Assembly: GCA_049970055.1 (NCBI GenBank)
Contig: JBMFNR010000002.1
Coordinates: forward strand, 52,406-116,405
DNA: 64,000 bases
Direction: 5' to 3'
DNA from: Fervidobacterium sp.
Lineage (GTDB): Bacteria; Thermotogota; Thermotogae; Thermotogales; Fervidobacteriaceae
A model generated the notes under the pieces. It made no database searches, was not told the DNA's origin, and saw only the letters and a program-made list of their open reading frames with translations. Positions 1 to 8,964 of this stretch are shown piece by piece; position 1 is the first letter of the stretch, and every line of letters starts with the position of its first letter. Both the position numbers and the translations under genes were made by a program.

Positions 1-164
1 CTAAACTGCTGTACTTGGGCTTGCGTCTGAGTGTTGGCTTGTGTACTAACTTGTTGTTGAGCTGGTTGAAGAACTGGTACGTAACCTCTGTTAGCTGGAC
101 CAAATGCGAAGATACTACCGACCAAAATAACACCTGACGCGATGAGAACCAATACTTTTTTCAT
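1..164 (-). CDS. Secreted hypothetical protein, N-terminal part only (runs off left edge)
   Basis: ATG at 164 with AGGAGG SD upstream; translates MKKVLVLIASGVILVGSIFAFGPANRGYVPVLQPAQQQVSTQANTQTQAQVQQF..., i.e. a signal peptide then a Q/T-rich segment; not in ORF track. Confidence 0.75.
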   Translation of the reverse strand, partial: MKKVLVLIASGVILVGSIFAFGPANRGYVPVLQPAQQQVSTQANTQTQAQVQQF

Positions 165-307
165 ATCTTTCAACCTCCTGTCTCTTTTTTTTTGTCCTTT
201 TCACCAAGGACAATTTAAGTATACTCAGTGAAACTTAGAAAGTACTTAAGCTGATCTTAGAGTTTACTTAAAATTTTCGCACGTCAAAAAATTTTTGACA
301 TATACCT

Positions 308-357
308 TTGACATCTATCTTAGAAATATGATATACTTGTGTATACAGTATACACAA
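308..357 (+). promoter_or_regulatory. Sigma70-type promoter of dinB with downstream palindromic operator
   Basis: TTGACA (308-313), 18-nt spacer, TG-n-TATACT (332-337); perfect inverted repeat TTGTGTATAC-A-GTATACACAA at 337-357. Confidence 0.65.
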
Positions 358-400
358 ATATATTATTAGCGCTTTACATTCAAAAGGAAGGGGGGACGAT

Positions 401-1507
401 ATGTTCAGTTGCGTTGCTTTGCTTGATATGGATTCATATTTTGCTTCAATCGAGTGTGCTAAGAATCCGATTTTGAAAAATTACCCTGTTGCTGTTATTG
501 GAAATGGCAAAAAAACAGCTGTAACAAGTGCTAATAACATAGCTAAAGCTTGTGGCGTGAAGGCAGGAATGAATTTAAAAGAAGCAAAGAGAAGCTGTCC
601 TAATGTAATATTTGTGAAAGCTGATTTCAATTATTACGAATTTACAACACTTAAAATCGTGCAGCTCATTGAAAAGTATTTTTACATATACAAAGAAGCG
701 AGTATAGATGAGTTTTACATCGCACTTAATGATATGTACGATGTGGAGAGGTTGCGAGATTTGAAAAATGAAATAAAAGAACGCTTAGATTTGAATTGTA
801 CAATCGGTGTTGGACGTAATCCAGTGATCGCAAAAACGGCGTGTGAAGTCGCTAAACCAAATGGTTTTTCTGTAGTTGAAGATTTTGAAGAATTCTCTAA
901 GCAAGTAGATATATCAAACGTACCAGGAATTGGCAAGAGGTCGTTGGAGCTACTTAGAAAGGTTGGAGTTGAAACATTGTGGGATTTTTTGAATAGAAAA
1001 GATATACCTTTTGATAACTTAAAGGCGATAATTAACAAGAAATACACAGAAAAAGAATTTTTTAAATTCGTTCCTCCCAAAAGTATGGGACATCATATTA
1101 TACTCGATAAAGATTTGTATAGTCTTGAAGAGGTTTTAGAAGTTGGCAAATATCTTTTGTTCGCGATATATTCAAAGTTGATACGACACAAAATGGCAGC
1201 TAAATCTGTATCAGTTTATTTGAAAGATAGTTTTGGAGTGTTTTCAACCTCAAGAAGTTTTGGAGTTTACACAAACGATTTCGTCGTTATTTCAAAAACA
1301 GCTGAGAATCTGTATAAATTAATATACAACAAACGACCTGTTGTAAAAATCGGCATTTCATTGAATAACTTAAAAATGGTAGATGGTTTCCAACAAAATT
1401 TATTTTGGAAAGAAGAACTTGAAAAGTTTAAACGGTTGGCAAATTTCGATAAGGTATCCTTTGCGGGATTTTACGTACTGAAAGAAAAAAAGGTCTTAGA
1501 ACATTAA
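401..1507 (+). CDS. dinB: DNA polymerase IV (Y-family)
   Basis: DMDSYFASIE, SIDEFY and AK...KPNG motifs, HhH PGIG, little-finger C-terminus. Confidence 0.92.
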   Translation: MFSCVALLDMDSYFASIECAKNPILKNYPVAVIGNGKKTAVTSANNIAKACGVKAGMNLKEAKRSCPNVIFVKADFNYYEFTTLKIVQLIEKYFYIYKEASIDEFYIALNDMYDVERLRDLKNEIKERLDLNCTIGVGRNPVIAKTACEVAKPNGFSVVEDFEEFSKQVDISNVPGIGKRSLELLRKVGVETLWDFLNRKDIPFDNLKAIINKKYTEKEFFKFVPPKSMGHHIILDKDLYSLEEVLEVGKYLLFAIYSKLIRHKMAAKSVSVYLKDSFGVFSTSRSFGVYTNDFVVISKTAENLYKLIYNKRPVVKIGISLNNLKMVDGFQQNLFWKEELEKFKRLANFDKVSFAGFYVLKEKKVLEH

Positions 1508-1617
1508 AAAAGCAATGGAAGGTTAACTACTTTGATTGTCGTCCCGAAGTTGGCAGAACGCCTGCCAAGAACTTTTGAAATTCTTATGGTAGAATAAATT
1601 ACAGGGCGGTGATAAGA

Positions 1618-2108
1618 ATGAAAGACAAAGCCTTGCCTTAATTTGTTATGCAAAATATGAAGATAAAATCCTTTTCATAAAAAGAAATAAAGAACCTTTC
1701 AAATGTTTTCTTGTTCCACCAGGCGGAAGAGTAGAGGAAGGTGAAGGAGTTGTTGACGCGGTCTTTAGGGAATTTAAGGAAGAGACAAGTCTTGATTCGT
1801 ACGATCTTAAATTGAAGATGGTCACCTCTGAAAAAGGGCCCGAAAACAACAACTGGATATTATTTATTTTTACAGGTAAAGTTAATAGTGATAAGGTAAT
1901 AGAAAGCGACAAAGGTGAACTTTTTTGGATAAATGAAAATAATGTTCTTGAGGAAAAAATTTCTCCAATAGATAAAAGACTCATTCCGCACATTCTAAGC
2001 GAAGAACCTGATGTTAAGGTAGTTTTTATAGATTACCATGAAAACAGAACACTAAAGCACGTTGAAATACTGAGTTTGGAAAGCATCGGTATAAATTGGG
2101 ATAAATGA
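1618..2108 (+). pseudogene. Nudix hydrolase (MutT-like), frameshifted near its 5' end (true pseudogene or sequence error)
   Basis: Nudix box GGRVEEGEGVVDAVFREFKEETSL lies in the frame of the 1812 ORF, upstream of it; the SD-preceded ATG at 1618 is in another frame and stops after 7 codons. Confidence 0.7.
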
Positions 2109-2190
2109 GCATAGTTTAGATAATTGGAAATAGAGAAAATGGTACTGACGTTAATGCTTTTCCTTGGCCTAAATTCAAAAAAACATGGTA

Positions 2191-2219
2191 TAGACAACAG
2201 TTATAGTATGAAATAGAAT
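2191..2219 (+). promoter_or_regulatory. Promoter for the cobalamin riboswitch/sucCD leader
   Basis: TAGACA-N17-TAGAAT. Confidence 0.55.
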
Positions 2220-2261
2220 ATGTTTTAGAATACTTTAGGATACTTAGAAAAGTGAATACTT

Positions 2262-2428
2262 CCACTCTGTAAAGGTACCAACGGGTTTAATAGGGAACTC
2301 CGGTGAAAGTCCGGGACGGTCGGGCCACCGTGAGTGGGGACGAAATCCACAGAAAGCCACTGGTGAAAGCTGGGAAGGCGTGGAGAGTAGGAAGATCCAC
2401 AAGTCGGGAGACCTGCCTTTACAGGGAT
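2262..2428 (+). ncRNA. Cobalamin (B12) riboswitch
   Basis: Conserved AATAGGGAA..CCGGTGAAAGTCCGGGACGGTC..GCCACCGTGA, GCCACTG..GGGAAGGC and AAGTCGGGAGACCTGCC (B12 box); P1 CTGTAAAGG/CCTTTACAG. Confidence 0.93.
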
Positions 2429-2432
2429 GGTG

Positions 2433-2470
2433 TTCCCAAAAACCATTGATTTTTGGGAGATTTTTTCTTT
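2433..2470 (+). terminator. Riboswitch expression-platform terminator
   Basis: TCCCAAAAA-ccattga-TTTTTGGGA followed by a T-rich tract, before the sucC SD. Confidence 0.7.
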
Positions 2471-2497
2471 TGAAAAACTTAAGAAGGAGGGATTTTC

Positions 2498-3553
2498 GTG
2501 AAGGTTCAAGAGTACGTGGGCAAGAGGATACTTGCAGAGCACGGTTTAACAGTTCCAAAAAGTGTTTTTGTTGGTAGTAAAGAAAACCTTTCAGATGAGT
2601 TGATTTCGAAGTTAAAAGGCATTGGTTTTCCACAAGTTTTGAAATCACAAGTACTCGTTGGTGGTCGTATGAAAGCAGGTGGCGTTGTTGTGTCAAAGAG
2701 CTTGGAGGAAAGTTTGAGAACCTTAGAAACGCTTAGGAATAAAGAGATCAAAGGTGAATTACCTGAAGGCGTTTTAATCGAGCAGTTTGTAGAGCATACG
2801 GGTGAAATTTACTTCAGTGTGACCATAGATCGTACAAGAAGAAGTATCTTAATGGTTTATTCTGAGCACGGAGGTATTGACATTGAGGAAGTTTCAAAAG
2901 GTCATCCTGAGAAAGTATTGAAAACAACAAAAATAGACGATATTCCAATAGATTTTAGAAATGTTGCAAGCAAGATTTTGGAAATTTTTGTCAAATATGA
3001 TCTTACCCTTTTGGAGGTTAATCCTGTGGGTGTTACAGAGAATGGCTATATCATGTTAGATAGTGTTATACATGTTGATGATAATGCTTTGTTTAGACAA
3101 CCATGGGTTTTGAAAAACAAATACGCTACAGATATGGTTGTTTTCGGTGGAGAATACGGTGTCATTGGATGCGGTGCAGGGATAGTTATGGCGACAATCG
3201 ATATGCTGAAAGAATTTGGTTTTGAGCCCGCAAATTTCTACGATGTTGGTGGCGGGGCAACGAGTGAGAATGTTTACAAAGCGCTAAATGAGGTGTCTCG
3301 CATTTCAAAAAAGATCGTTCTAAACATCTTCGGTGGTATAACAGATTGTTTAGAGGTTGCAAAGGGAATAGAGATATTTGTTGAGAAAAACCAGAACGTT
3401 AAATTGTTCGTTAGAATCTCTGGAAATAAAGAAGAACAGGCAAGAGAAGTTCTCGAAAAGCACAACATAAAGAGCGCATCGGATATGGAAGAATTAATCA
3501 ACATTTTGCTTTTAGAAGAAGGGCAGGTGGAAAGATATGTTTTTCTCAAATGA
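2498..3553 (+). CDS. sucC: Succinyl-CoA synthetase beta subunit (ATP-grasp)
   Basis: KSQVLVGGRMKAGGV, GGIDIEE, LEVNP, GAGIVMATID, PANFYDVGGGA and NIFGGIT motifs; GTG start. Confidence 0.88.
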   Translation: MKVQEYVGKRILAEHGLTVPKSVFVGSKENLSDELISKLKGIGFPQVLKSQVLVGGRMKAGGVVVSKSLEESLRTLETLRNKEIKGELPEGVLIEQFVEHTGEIYFSVTIDRTRRSILMVYSEHGGIDIEEVSKGHPEKVLKTTKIDDIPIDFRNVASKILEIFVKYDLTLLEVNPVGVTENGYIMLDSVIHVDDNALFRQPWVLKNKYATDMVVFGGEYGVIGCGAGIVMATIDMLKEFGFEPANFYDVGGGATSENVYKALNEVSRISKKIVLNIFGGITDCLEVAKGIEIFVEKNQNVKLFVRISGNKEEQAREVLEKHNIKSASDMEELINILLLEEGQVERYVFLK

Positions 3554-4409
3554 GCATGTTTGCGTTTACGGAATAACGGGTCGATACGGGAGTTACCACA
3601 CTAAAAAGATGATTGAGTATGGCACAAAGATTGTCTGTGGAGTTAGTAAGAACCCTGATATTAAAGAAATATACGGTGTACCAATTTACAATACATTGGA
3701 GAGGTACAAAGAAAAGCACAAAGAGATGAACGTCGAAACTGCTATATTCTTCGTCCCAGCACCGCATGTTTTGGAAGCATTTATGGATGCGTACAAAAAC
3801 GGTGTTAAAAAATATGTTATCATCACTGAGCATGTACCCATACATGATGCACTAAAGATTGTGAGTATAGTCAAAGAAAATGAAGCTAAAGATCAACTTA
3901 CTGTGGTGGGTCCGAATTGCCCTGGGGTGATATTTCCAAAAGAGAAAGTGAAACTTGGTATCATGCCCGAGAAGTATTTTAACGATGGAGAAATTGCAAT
4001 TATCTCGAGAAGCGGAACATTGATGTACGAAGTAGCCAAGCACGTAAGTGACAAGTACGGCATCAGTATAGGTATAGGGCTTGGTGGAGATCCAATAATA
4101 GGCACAAATGTTTCCGAAGCTTTCGAAAATCTTTCAAAATTAGGTTTTGAAAAAGTGATATTGATTGGTGAAATAGGTGGCGAAGATGAGGTTAACGGTG
4201 TTCAAAGAGCATTGAAACTCGGGTTCAAGCCAGATAACATAGTTTGCTTTTTTGCAGGAAGACACGCTCCCGAGGGAAAAAGAATGGGGCACGCGGGTGC
4301 TATCGTTGAAGGTGAACATGGGACTATAAGTTACAAAGAAAGCAAAATGAAAGAGTTTGGTGTCAGGGTGGTGAGATTCCCATGGGAAGTGAAAGATATA
4401 TTCGATTAA
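3537..4409 (+). CDS. sucD: Succinyl-CoA synthetase alpha subunit
   Basis: GITG, GPNCPG, SRSGTL, GEIGG and phospho-His motif RMGHAGA. Confidence 0.9.
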   Translation: MFFSNEHVCVYGITGRYGSYHTKKMIEYGTKIVCGVSKNPDIKEIYGVPIYNTLERYKEKHKEMNVETAIFFVPAPHVLEAFMDAYKNGVKKYVIITEHVPIHDALKIVSIVKENEAKDQLTVVGPNCPGVIFPKEKVKLGIMPEKYFNDGEIAIISRSGTLMYEVAKHVSDKYGISIGIGLGGDPIIGTNVSEAFENLSKLGFEKVILIGEIGGEDEVNGVQRALKLGFKPDNIVCFFAGRHAPEGKRMGHAGAIVEGEHGTISYKESKMKEFGVRVVRFPWEVKDIFD

Positions 4410-5239
4410 TCAAGGAGTATTTTGTATCTACCATCGGCGTATTAATAACAGCGATAGGTGTTGTTGTGTTCCTGATACCAAACAACATAGCCGCAGGAGG
4501 AGCCTCTGGTTTAGCGATCGTTTTAAATAAGTTCATACAACTTTCCGTTGGTATTTGGATGTATATCATAAATATCCTTCTATTTTTGGTGGCTTTCTTA
4601 CTAATAGGGTTTGATTTTAGCTTCAAAACAATATACTGTACGTTTATGTTCAACTTTTTTATAGACCTTTTTGATAGGCTTCTACCATTTTACAAGTACC
4701 ATGGAGATATGATCATCGCTGTATTTTTTGGCGATATACTAACAGCTATAGGCATGGCTTTAACATTTTCCCAAAATGCTTCAACTGGTGGAACAGATAT
4801 ATTAGCAAAGATACTGAATAAATTTTTTGGTTTTCCAATGGGTCTTGGCATACTCGTTCTTGACTTCTCCATAGGTATTTCCGCAGGCTTTGCTTACGAC
4901 TTGAACACAGCAATGTATTCTCTTTTAGCCATAGTAGTTAACGGTACCACAATAGACTTCGTACTTAAAGGCTTGGAACTATCGATCAGTGTGTGGATTA
5001 TATCGGATAAGTACACTGAGATAAAAGACTTCGTATTATACAAGTTGAACAGAGGTATATCGATTGTAGATATAACTGGTGGTTACACGGACAAACAACG
5101 AAAAATGCTCTTTGTTGTTTTAAAGCGCAGAGAATTGCATGAGCTTGCTTCAAAGATTCGAGAGATAGATAAAAACGCATTCTTTGTTGTCAGTGAAGCA
5201 CCTATGGTTTTTGGAAATGGATTCAAAGAGATAGTTTAA
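4382..5239 (+). CDS. YitT family membrane protein
   Basis: GGASGLA, STGGTDI, GGYT and C-terminal IDKNAF..GNGF motifs; multiple TM segments. Confidence 0.85.
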   Translation: MGSERYIRLIKEYFVSTIGVLITAIGVVVFLIPNNIAAGGASGLAIVLNKFIQLSVGIWMYIINILLFLVAFLLIGFDFSFKTIYCTFMFNFFIDLFDRLLPFYKYHGDMIIAVFFGDILTAIGMALTFSQNASTGGTDILAKILNKFFGFPMGLGILVLDFSIGISAGFAYDLNTAMYSLLAIVVNGTTIDFVLKGLELSISVWIISDKYTEIKDFVLYKLNRGISIVDITGGYTDKQRKMLFVVLKRRELHELASKIREIDKNAFFVVSEAPMVFGNGFKEIV

Positions 5240-5249
5240 GAAAATGTAA

Positions 5250-5275
5250 AAAAGAGCGCCACAAGGCGCTCTTTT
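5250..5275. terminator. Bidirectional intrinsic terminator
   Basis: AAAAGAGCGCC-acaa-GGCGCTCTTTT between convergent genes. Confidence 0.85.
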
Positions 5276-5303
5276 ATTTTCAGATTTTTCAACTTCTTTG
5301 CTT

Positions 5304-5792
5304 TTATTCTCTTGAGCCGACTTCCTTGTCGAGCATGTAAAGTCCCATTGGAGAATCTTGGAATTTTTGAAGCTTTCTGTAAATGAGTTCTGTTTGTGCT
5401 TCTTCTTCCACTTGCTCTTTTATGTACCATTGCAAAAATTGCTCTGTCGCGTAATCTTTCTCTTCTTTTGCAAGTTCGTAGATCTTATTTATACTTTCCG
5501 TTATAAACCTTTCGTGGTGATACGCAGCTTCAAACGCTTTCAACGGACTTTCCCAAAGGTGTTGCGGTTTTTGTAAAGCGGGGAGTTCAACCCTTCCCCC
5601 TCTTCCGTAAATGTAGTCGTACAATTTCATTGCATGACCGAGTTCTTCTTTTGCTTGAATTTTCATCCATTTTCCAAATCCCATCAAATCAATCGAATCA
5701 AAATACGATGCCATTGATAAGTACAAATATGCTGAAAACATCTCTTTACCCACCTGTTCATTTAAAGCATTCAATACCTTTTCGCCAATCAT
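5304..5792 (-). CDS. ftnA: Ferritin (non-heme)
   Basis: LNEQVGKEMFSAYLYLSM, EELGHA and QWYIKEQVEEE ferroxidase motifs; start at ATG 5792 after AAGGAGG. Confidence 0.92.
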   Translation of the reverse strand: MIGEKVLNALNEQVGKEMFSAYLYLSMASYFDSIDLMGFGKWMKIQAKEELGHAMKLYDYIYGRGGRVELPALQKPQHLWESPLKAFEAAYHHERFITESINKIYELAKEEKDYATEQFLQWYIKEQVEEEAQTELIYRKLQKFQDSPMGLYMLDKEVGSRE

Positions 5793-5815
5793 CTTACCAG
5801 CCTCCTTCACTTTAA

Positions 5816-6271
5816 TCACTTTAAGACGTTCTCAATTTCCTCATATGGTGGCTCAATTCCAGGATTATTAGTTACCCATTTGTAAATAATAACACCGTCG
5901 TTTATTACAAAAACTGACCTTTTAGCAACTGTGTAATTTGGAATGTTTATGAAATTCTCATGCACGCCCGCGTATTGCTTTGCAACGTTTCCTCCAAAAT
6001 CTGACAAGAGCCTAAACGTTAATCTGTTTTTCTCCGCAAATGCTTTGTTTGCAAAAGGCGTATCTACACTGATCCCAAGAACCGTTGCGTTTAGGTTATT
6101 GAACTTTGTCATCATATCTCTAAATGTGCAAAGCTCTTTTTCACAAACGCTTGTGAATGCTCCTGGGTAAAAAGCAAGTACTACTTTACCATGTATTTCC
6201 GATAACCTAACAGGTTTCAATTCATGATCTACTAATTCAAAATCAACAGCCTTTTGACCAACTTCTAACAT
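5816..6271 (-). CDS. Peroxiredoxin (BCP/AhpE-like)
   Basis: FYPGAFTSVCEKELC, GISVD and LLSD motifs. Confidence 0.88.
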   Translation of the reverse strand: MLEVGQKAVDFELVDHELKPVRLSEIHGKVVLAFYPGAFTSVCEKELCTFRDMMTKFNNLNATVLGISVDTPFANKAFAEKNRLTFRLLSDFGGNVAKQYAGVHENFINIPNYTVAKRSVFVINDGVIIYKWVTNNPGIEPPYEEIENVLK

Positions 6272-6309
6272 ATTCTCACCTCTTTGTATATTTATGAACC
6301 GTGTACTAT

Positions 6310-6338
6310 ATTATACCAAATCTAATAAGTTTTGTCAA
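6310..6338 (-). promoter_or_regulatory. Consensus promoter of the peroxiredoxin-ferritin operon
   Basis: TTGACA-N17-TATAAT with extended -10 TG on the minus strand. Confidence 0.8.
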
Positions 6339-6435
6339 ATTATTTTTGAAATCAATGATGTATAATTGAATCAGGTGGATTACCGATGGTGTTGATAATA
6401 TTGATAATGTTGATTGTGATGAAGGTGGTGAAGTT

Positions 6436-7176
6436 ATGAAATTAACTATTCTTTGTAACGACAAAGCGAGAGAACCATTTAAAGCGGAACATGGGCTTTC
6501 CATTTTAATAGACAGGCAGATCATATTTGACACAGGTATGAGTAGCGTAGCTGTTGAGAACGCTCAAAAATTGGATATTGACCTTTCAAATGTCAAGAAG
6601 ATTTTCATTAGCCACGGTCACTACGACCACATTGGTGGCTTACCTTACATCCTTGAAAAAACCAAGCGAGTTGATGTATACGTACACAAAAAAGCACTTT
6701 TGCCAAAATATTCAGGTAGTCGTTTTACGGGAATTCCATACGATTGGGAAGATGTACAAAGCAAATCGAATGTCCAATTGCTTGAAGGAGATGTTGAAAT
6801 CGATGGTGTGAAAGTACTGAACAATGTACTAACATATGAGAATATAATTGATGGTAAATTTACTGTAGATGGGCACAGAGACTTATTTGAAGATGAGATA
6901 AATATAATCAAAGATGGTGTGCTTTTAACCGGATGCGCCCATCGTGGGATAGAAAATATATTCTCAGCATCACAAAGCATTAGAGCTATCGTTGGTGGAT
7001 TCCATCTGTTAAATGCAAGTATTGATAGAATAAATAAAATCGCACAACTTTTTAAAAATGCCGATGTCACTGTTGTACCTTTGCACTGCACTGGAGATGT
7101 TGCAACTGAAATTTTAAAGATGACACTCAAAGACAAATGTATATTAAGTTTTGCTGGCGATACCGTAGAATTATGA
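6436..7176 (+). CDS. MBL-fold metallo-hydrolase
   Basis: EHGLS, FDTG, SHGHYDHIGG, GCAH, GGFHL and HCTG motifs. Confidence 0.88.
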   Translation: MKLTILCNDKAREPFKAEHGLSILIDRQIIFDTGMSSVAVENAQKLDIDLSNVKKIFISHGHYDHIGGLPYILEKTKRVDVYVHKKALLPKYSGSRFTGIPYDWEDVQSKSNVQLLEGDVEIDGVKVLNNVLTYENIIDGKFTVDGHRDLFEDEINIIKDGVLLTGCAHRGIENIFSASQSIRAIVGGFHLLNASIDRINKIAQLFKNADVTVVPLHCTGDVATEILKMTLKDKCILSFAGDTVEL

Positions 7177-7202
7177 CATTTTAAAAACTTATATTTAAAA
7201 AC

Positions 7203-8039
7203 TTATACATCACTGATTTCTAAACTGTAATCAATATAGCTTATTTCCGTTGTTAATTTTCCAATTGAAATAACATCTATGTATTCACAAACATAATTTT
7301 CTATCATATTTGGGTTTACTCCACCGGAAAATTCAATTATTATCTGTGGGTACTTTTCTTTAAGCTTTCTTGCTAGCGCACATGCTTTTTGTGGATCAAA
7401 ATTATCAAGCATAATTATATCCACTCCAACTTGGGCAGCTTCAAAAGCTTGCTCTTCTGTTTCAACCTCAACCTCTATCTTTTTACTGAAAGACAGATAT
7501 TCCCTCACCTTTTGAAAAGCTTCTGTGACCGAACCGTATAATAACAAATGGTTATCTTTTATCATCGCACAATCTGAAAGGTTTAACCTATGAGTATCTC
7601 CCCCACCGTGCATGATCGCTATCTTTTGCAACTCGCCTGCAAAAGGAATCGTTTTTCTCGTTGCTGCTATCTTCACTTTTTGGTTTACTTTCCTTGCGTT
7701 TTCGACTATTCTTCTTGTCTTGGTAGCTACCGAGCTCATAAACGAAAGAACGTTTAGAATGGTCCTTTCACAAATCAATATATTGTACGCATTACCAAAA
7801 AGTTTTGCGATATCACCTTTTTTTGTTATCTCACCATCTTTGTACTTAAATTCGCTTTCTATTCCAAAAGTTTTTAAGACACCGCTGACTATTTCAACAC
7901 CTGATATTATCGCTTCCTGATTTTTCAAAATTATCTTCGCACCCGTTTGGTAATCTTTAAGTGGGTACGAAGCGTAATCGAAAAATCCCTCATCTTTTCT
8001 GATAAGCTCTACAATCGTTTCTATTATCTTTTCATACAT
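7203..8039 (-). CDS. nadC: Quinolinate phosphoribosyltransferase
   Basis: TRKT, HRLNLSD, IKDNH, EVEVE and MLDNF motifs; start placed at ATG 8039, just after the nadA stop. Confidence 0.92.
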   Translation of the reverse strand: MYEKIIETIVELIRKDEGFFDYASYPLKDYQTGAKIILKNQEAIISGVEIVSGVLKTFGIESEFKYKDGEITKKGDIAKLFGNAYNILICERTILNVLSFMSSVATKTRRIVENARKVNQKVKIAATRKTIPFAGELQKIAIMHGGGDTHRLNLSDCAMIKDNHLLLYGSVTEAFQKVREYLSFSKKIEVEVETEEQAFEAAQVGVDIIMLDNFDPQKACALARKLKEKYPQIIIEFSGGVNPNMIENYVCEYIDVISIGKLTTEISYIDYSLEISDV

Positions 8040-8043
8040 AATT

Positions 8044-8961
8044 TCACTTCCCCTCGGTAAGCTCAAACATTCGTTCAACAGCTTTTTTTGCATTTTCAGC
8101 AATTTTTTCGTCAACTATGACCTCTTCTCTTTCCTCAAGCAATGACAAATAGGTGTTCTTTAGATTGTTTTTTTTCATGTTGTAGCATATCATAGATGAA
8201 ACAGGAATGAACTTCCTTTCTGGGTAAAGTTTTTTTAACTTTTCAATCATTCCAATTTCCGTTACAACTATGAACTCCTTCGCGTTCGATATACTGGGGT
8301 ACTTTTCCATCTGGGAGGTACTACCAACGAAATGTGCAATTTTTCTTATATTCTCGGGTGTTTCCGGATGCGCCATAATTTCTGCGTCTGGGTATTTTAC
8401 GGCAAGCTTCCTTATTTCGTCTAACTTCACATAATTGTGAACGTAGCAATACCCATTTTCACCAGGTATTGGAATCACATTCTTACCAGTCTTTTCAGCC
8501 ACATAAGATGCCAAATTTTTGTCAGGCCCCATAATTACAACATTACTATCGATTTTACTTACAACTTCAACGGCATTTGCCGAGGTACAAACAAAATCCG
8601 AAACTGCTTTTACTTCCGTACGACTGTTGACATATGCAACAAACGGAGCATTGTACATATTCTTTGCTTTAATTACATCTTCCACCGTTAGAGAATTTGC
8701 CATTGGGCATGTTGAATATCTAACAGGTACGATTATCTTCTTTTCTGGATTTAAAACCTTCATCATCTCAGCCATAAAATCGACACCTAAAAAGAGTATC
8801 TTTTTTGAATCAACTTTTGTCACAAGTCTTGCAAGTTGCAGGGAATCACCTAAGTAATCTGCAATTTCCTGAAGTTCTCTAATTTGATAATTGTGAGCGA
8901 CTATAATATAATCTTTTTGCTTTGCAAGTTTTTTAATACCTTCCGGGGTAATTTCAAACAT
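8044..8961 (-). CDS. nadA: Quinolinate synthase
   Basis: AHNYQ, GDSLQL, CPMA, YVNS, CTSANA, CYVH, HPE and C..MK motifs. Confidence 0.95.
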   Translation of the reverse strand: MFEITPEGIKKLAKQKDYIIVAHNYQIRELQEIADYLGDSLQLARLVTKVDSKKILFLGVDFMAEMMKVLNPEKKIIVPVRYSTCPMANSLTVEDVIKAKNMYNAPFVAYVNSRTEVKAVSDFVCTSANAVEVVSKIDSNVVIMGPDKNLASYVAEKTGKNVIPIPGENGYCYVHNYVKLDEIRKLAVKYPDAEIMAHPETPENIRKIAHFVGSTSQMEKYPSISNAKEFIVVTEIGMIEKLKKLYPERKFIPVSSMICYNMKKNNLKNTYLSLLEEREEVIVDEKIAENAKKAVERMFELTEGK

Positions 8962-8964
8962 ACC

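Noticed and set aside
1550..1568. Hairpin TTGGCAG-N5-CTGCCAA between dinB and the Nudix gene, as an ncRNA
   Set aside because: Short and best explained as a weak dinB terminator; a TG-n-TAGAAT -10 follows it
2224..2248. Short tandem TTTAGAATAC/TTTAGGATAC repeat
   Set aside because: Only about 2.5 degenerate copies in an AT-rich leader; not CRISPR-like, no spacers
2225..2696. ORFs 2225-2542(-), 2244-2696(-) and 2380-2577(+)
   Set aside because: They overlap the GC-rich cobalamin riboswitch and sucC and have no protein motifs; shadow ORFs
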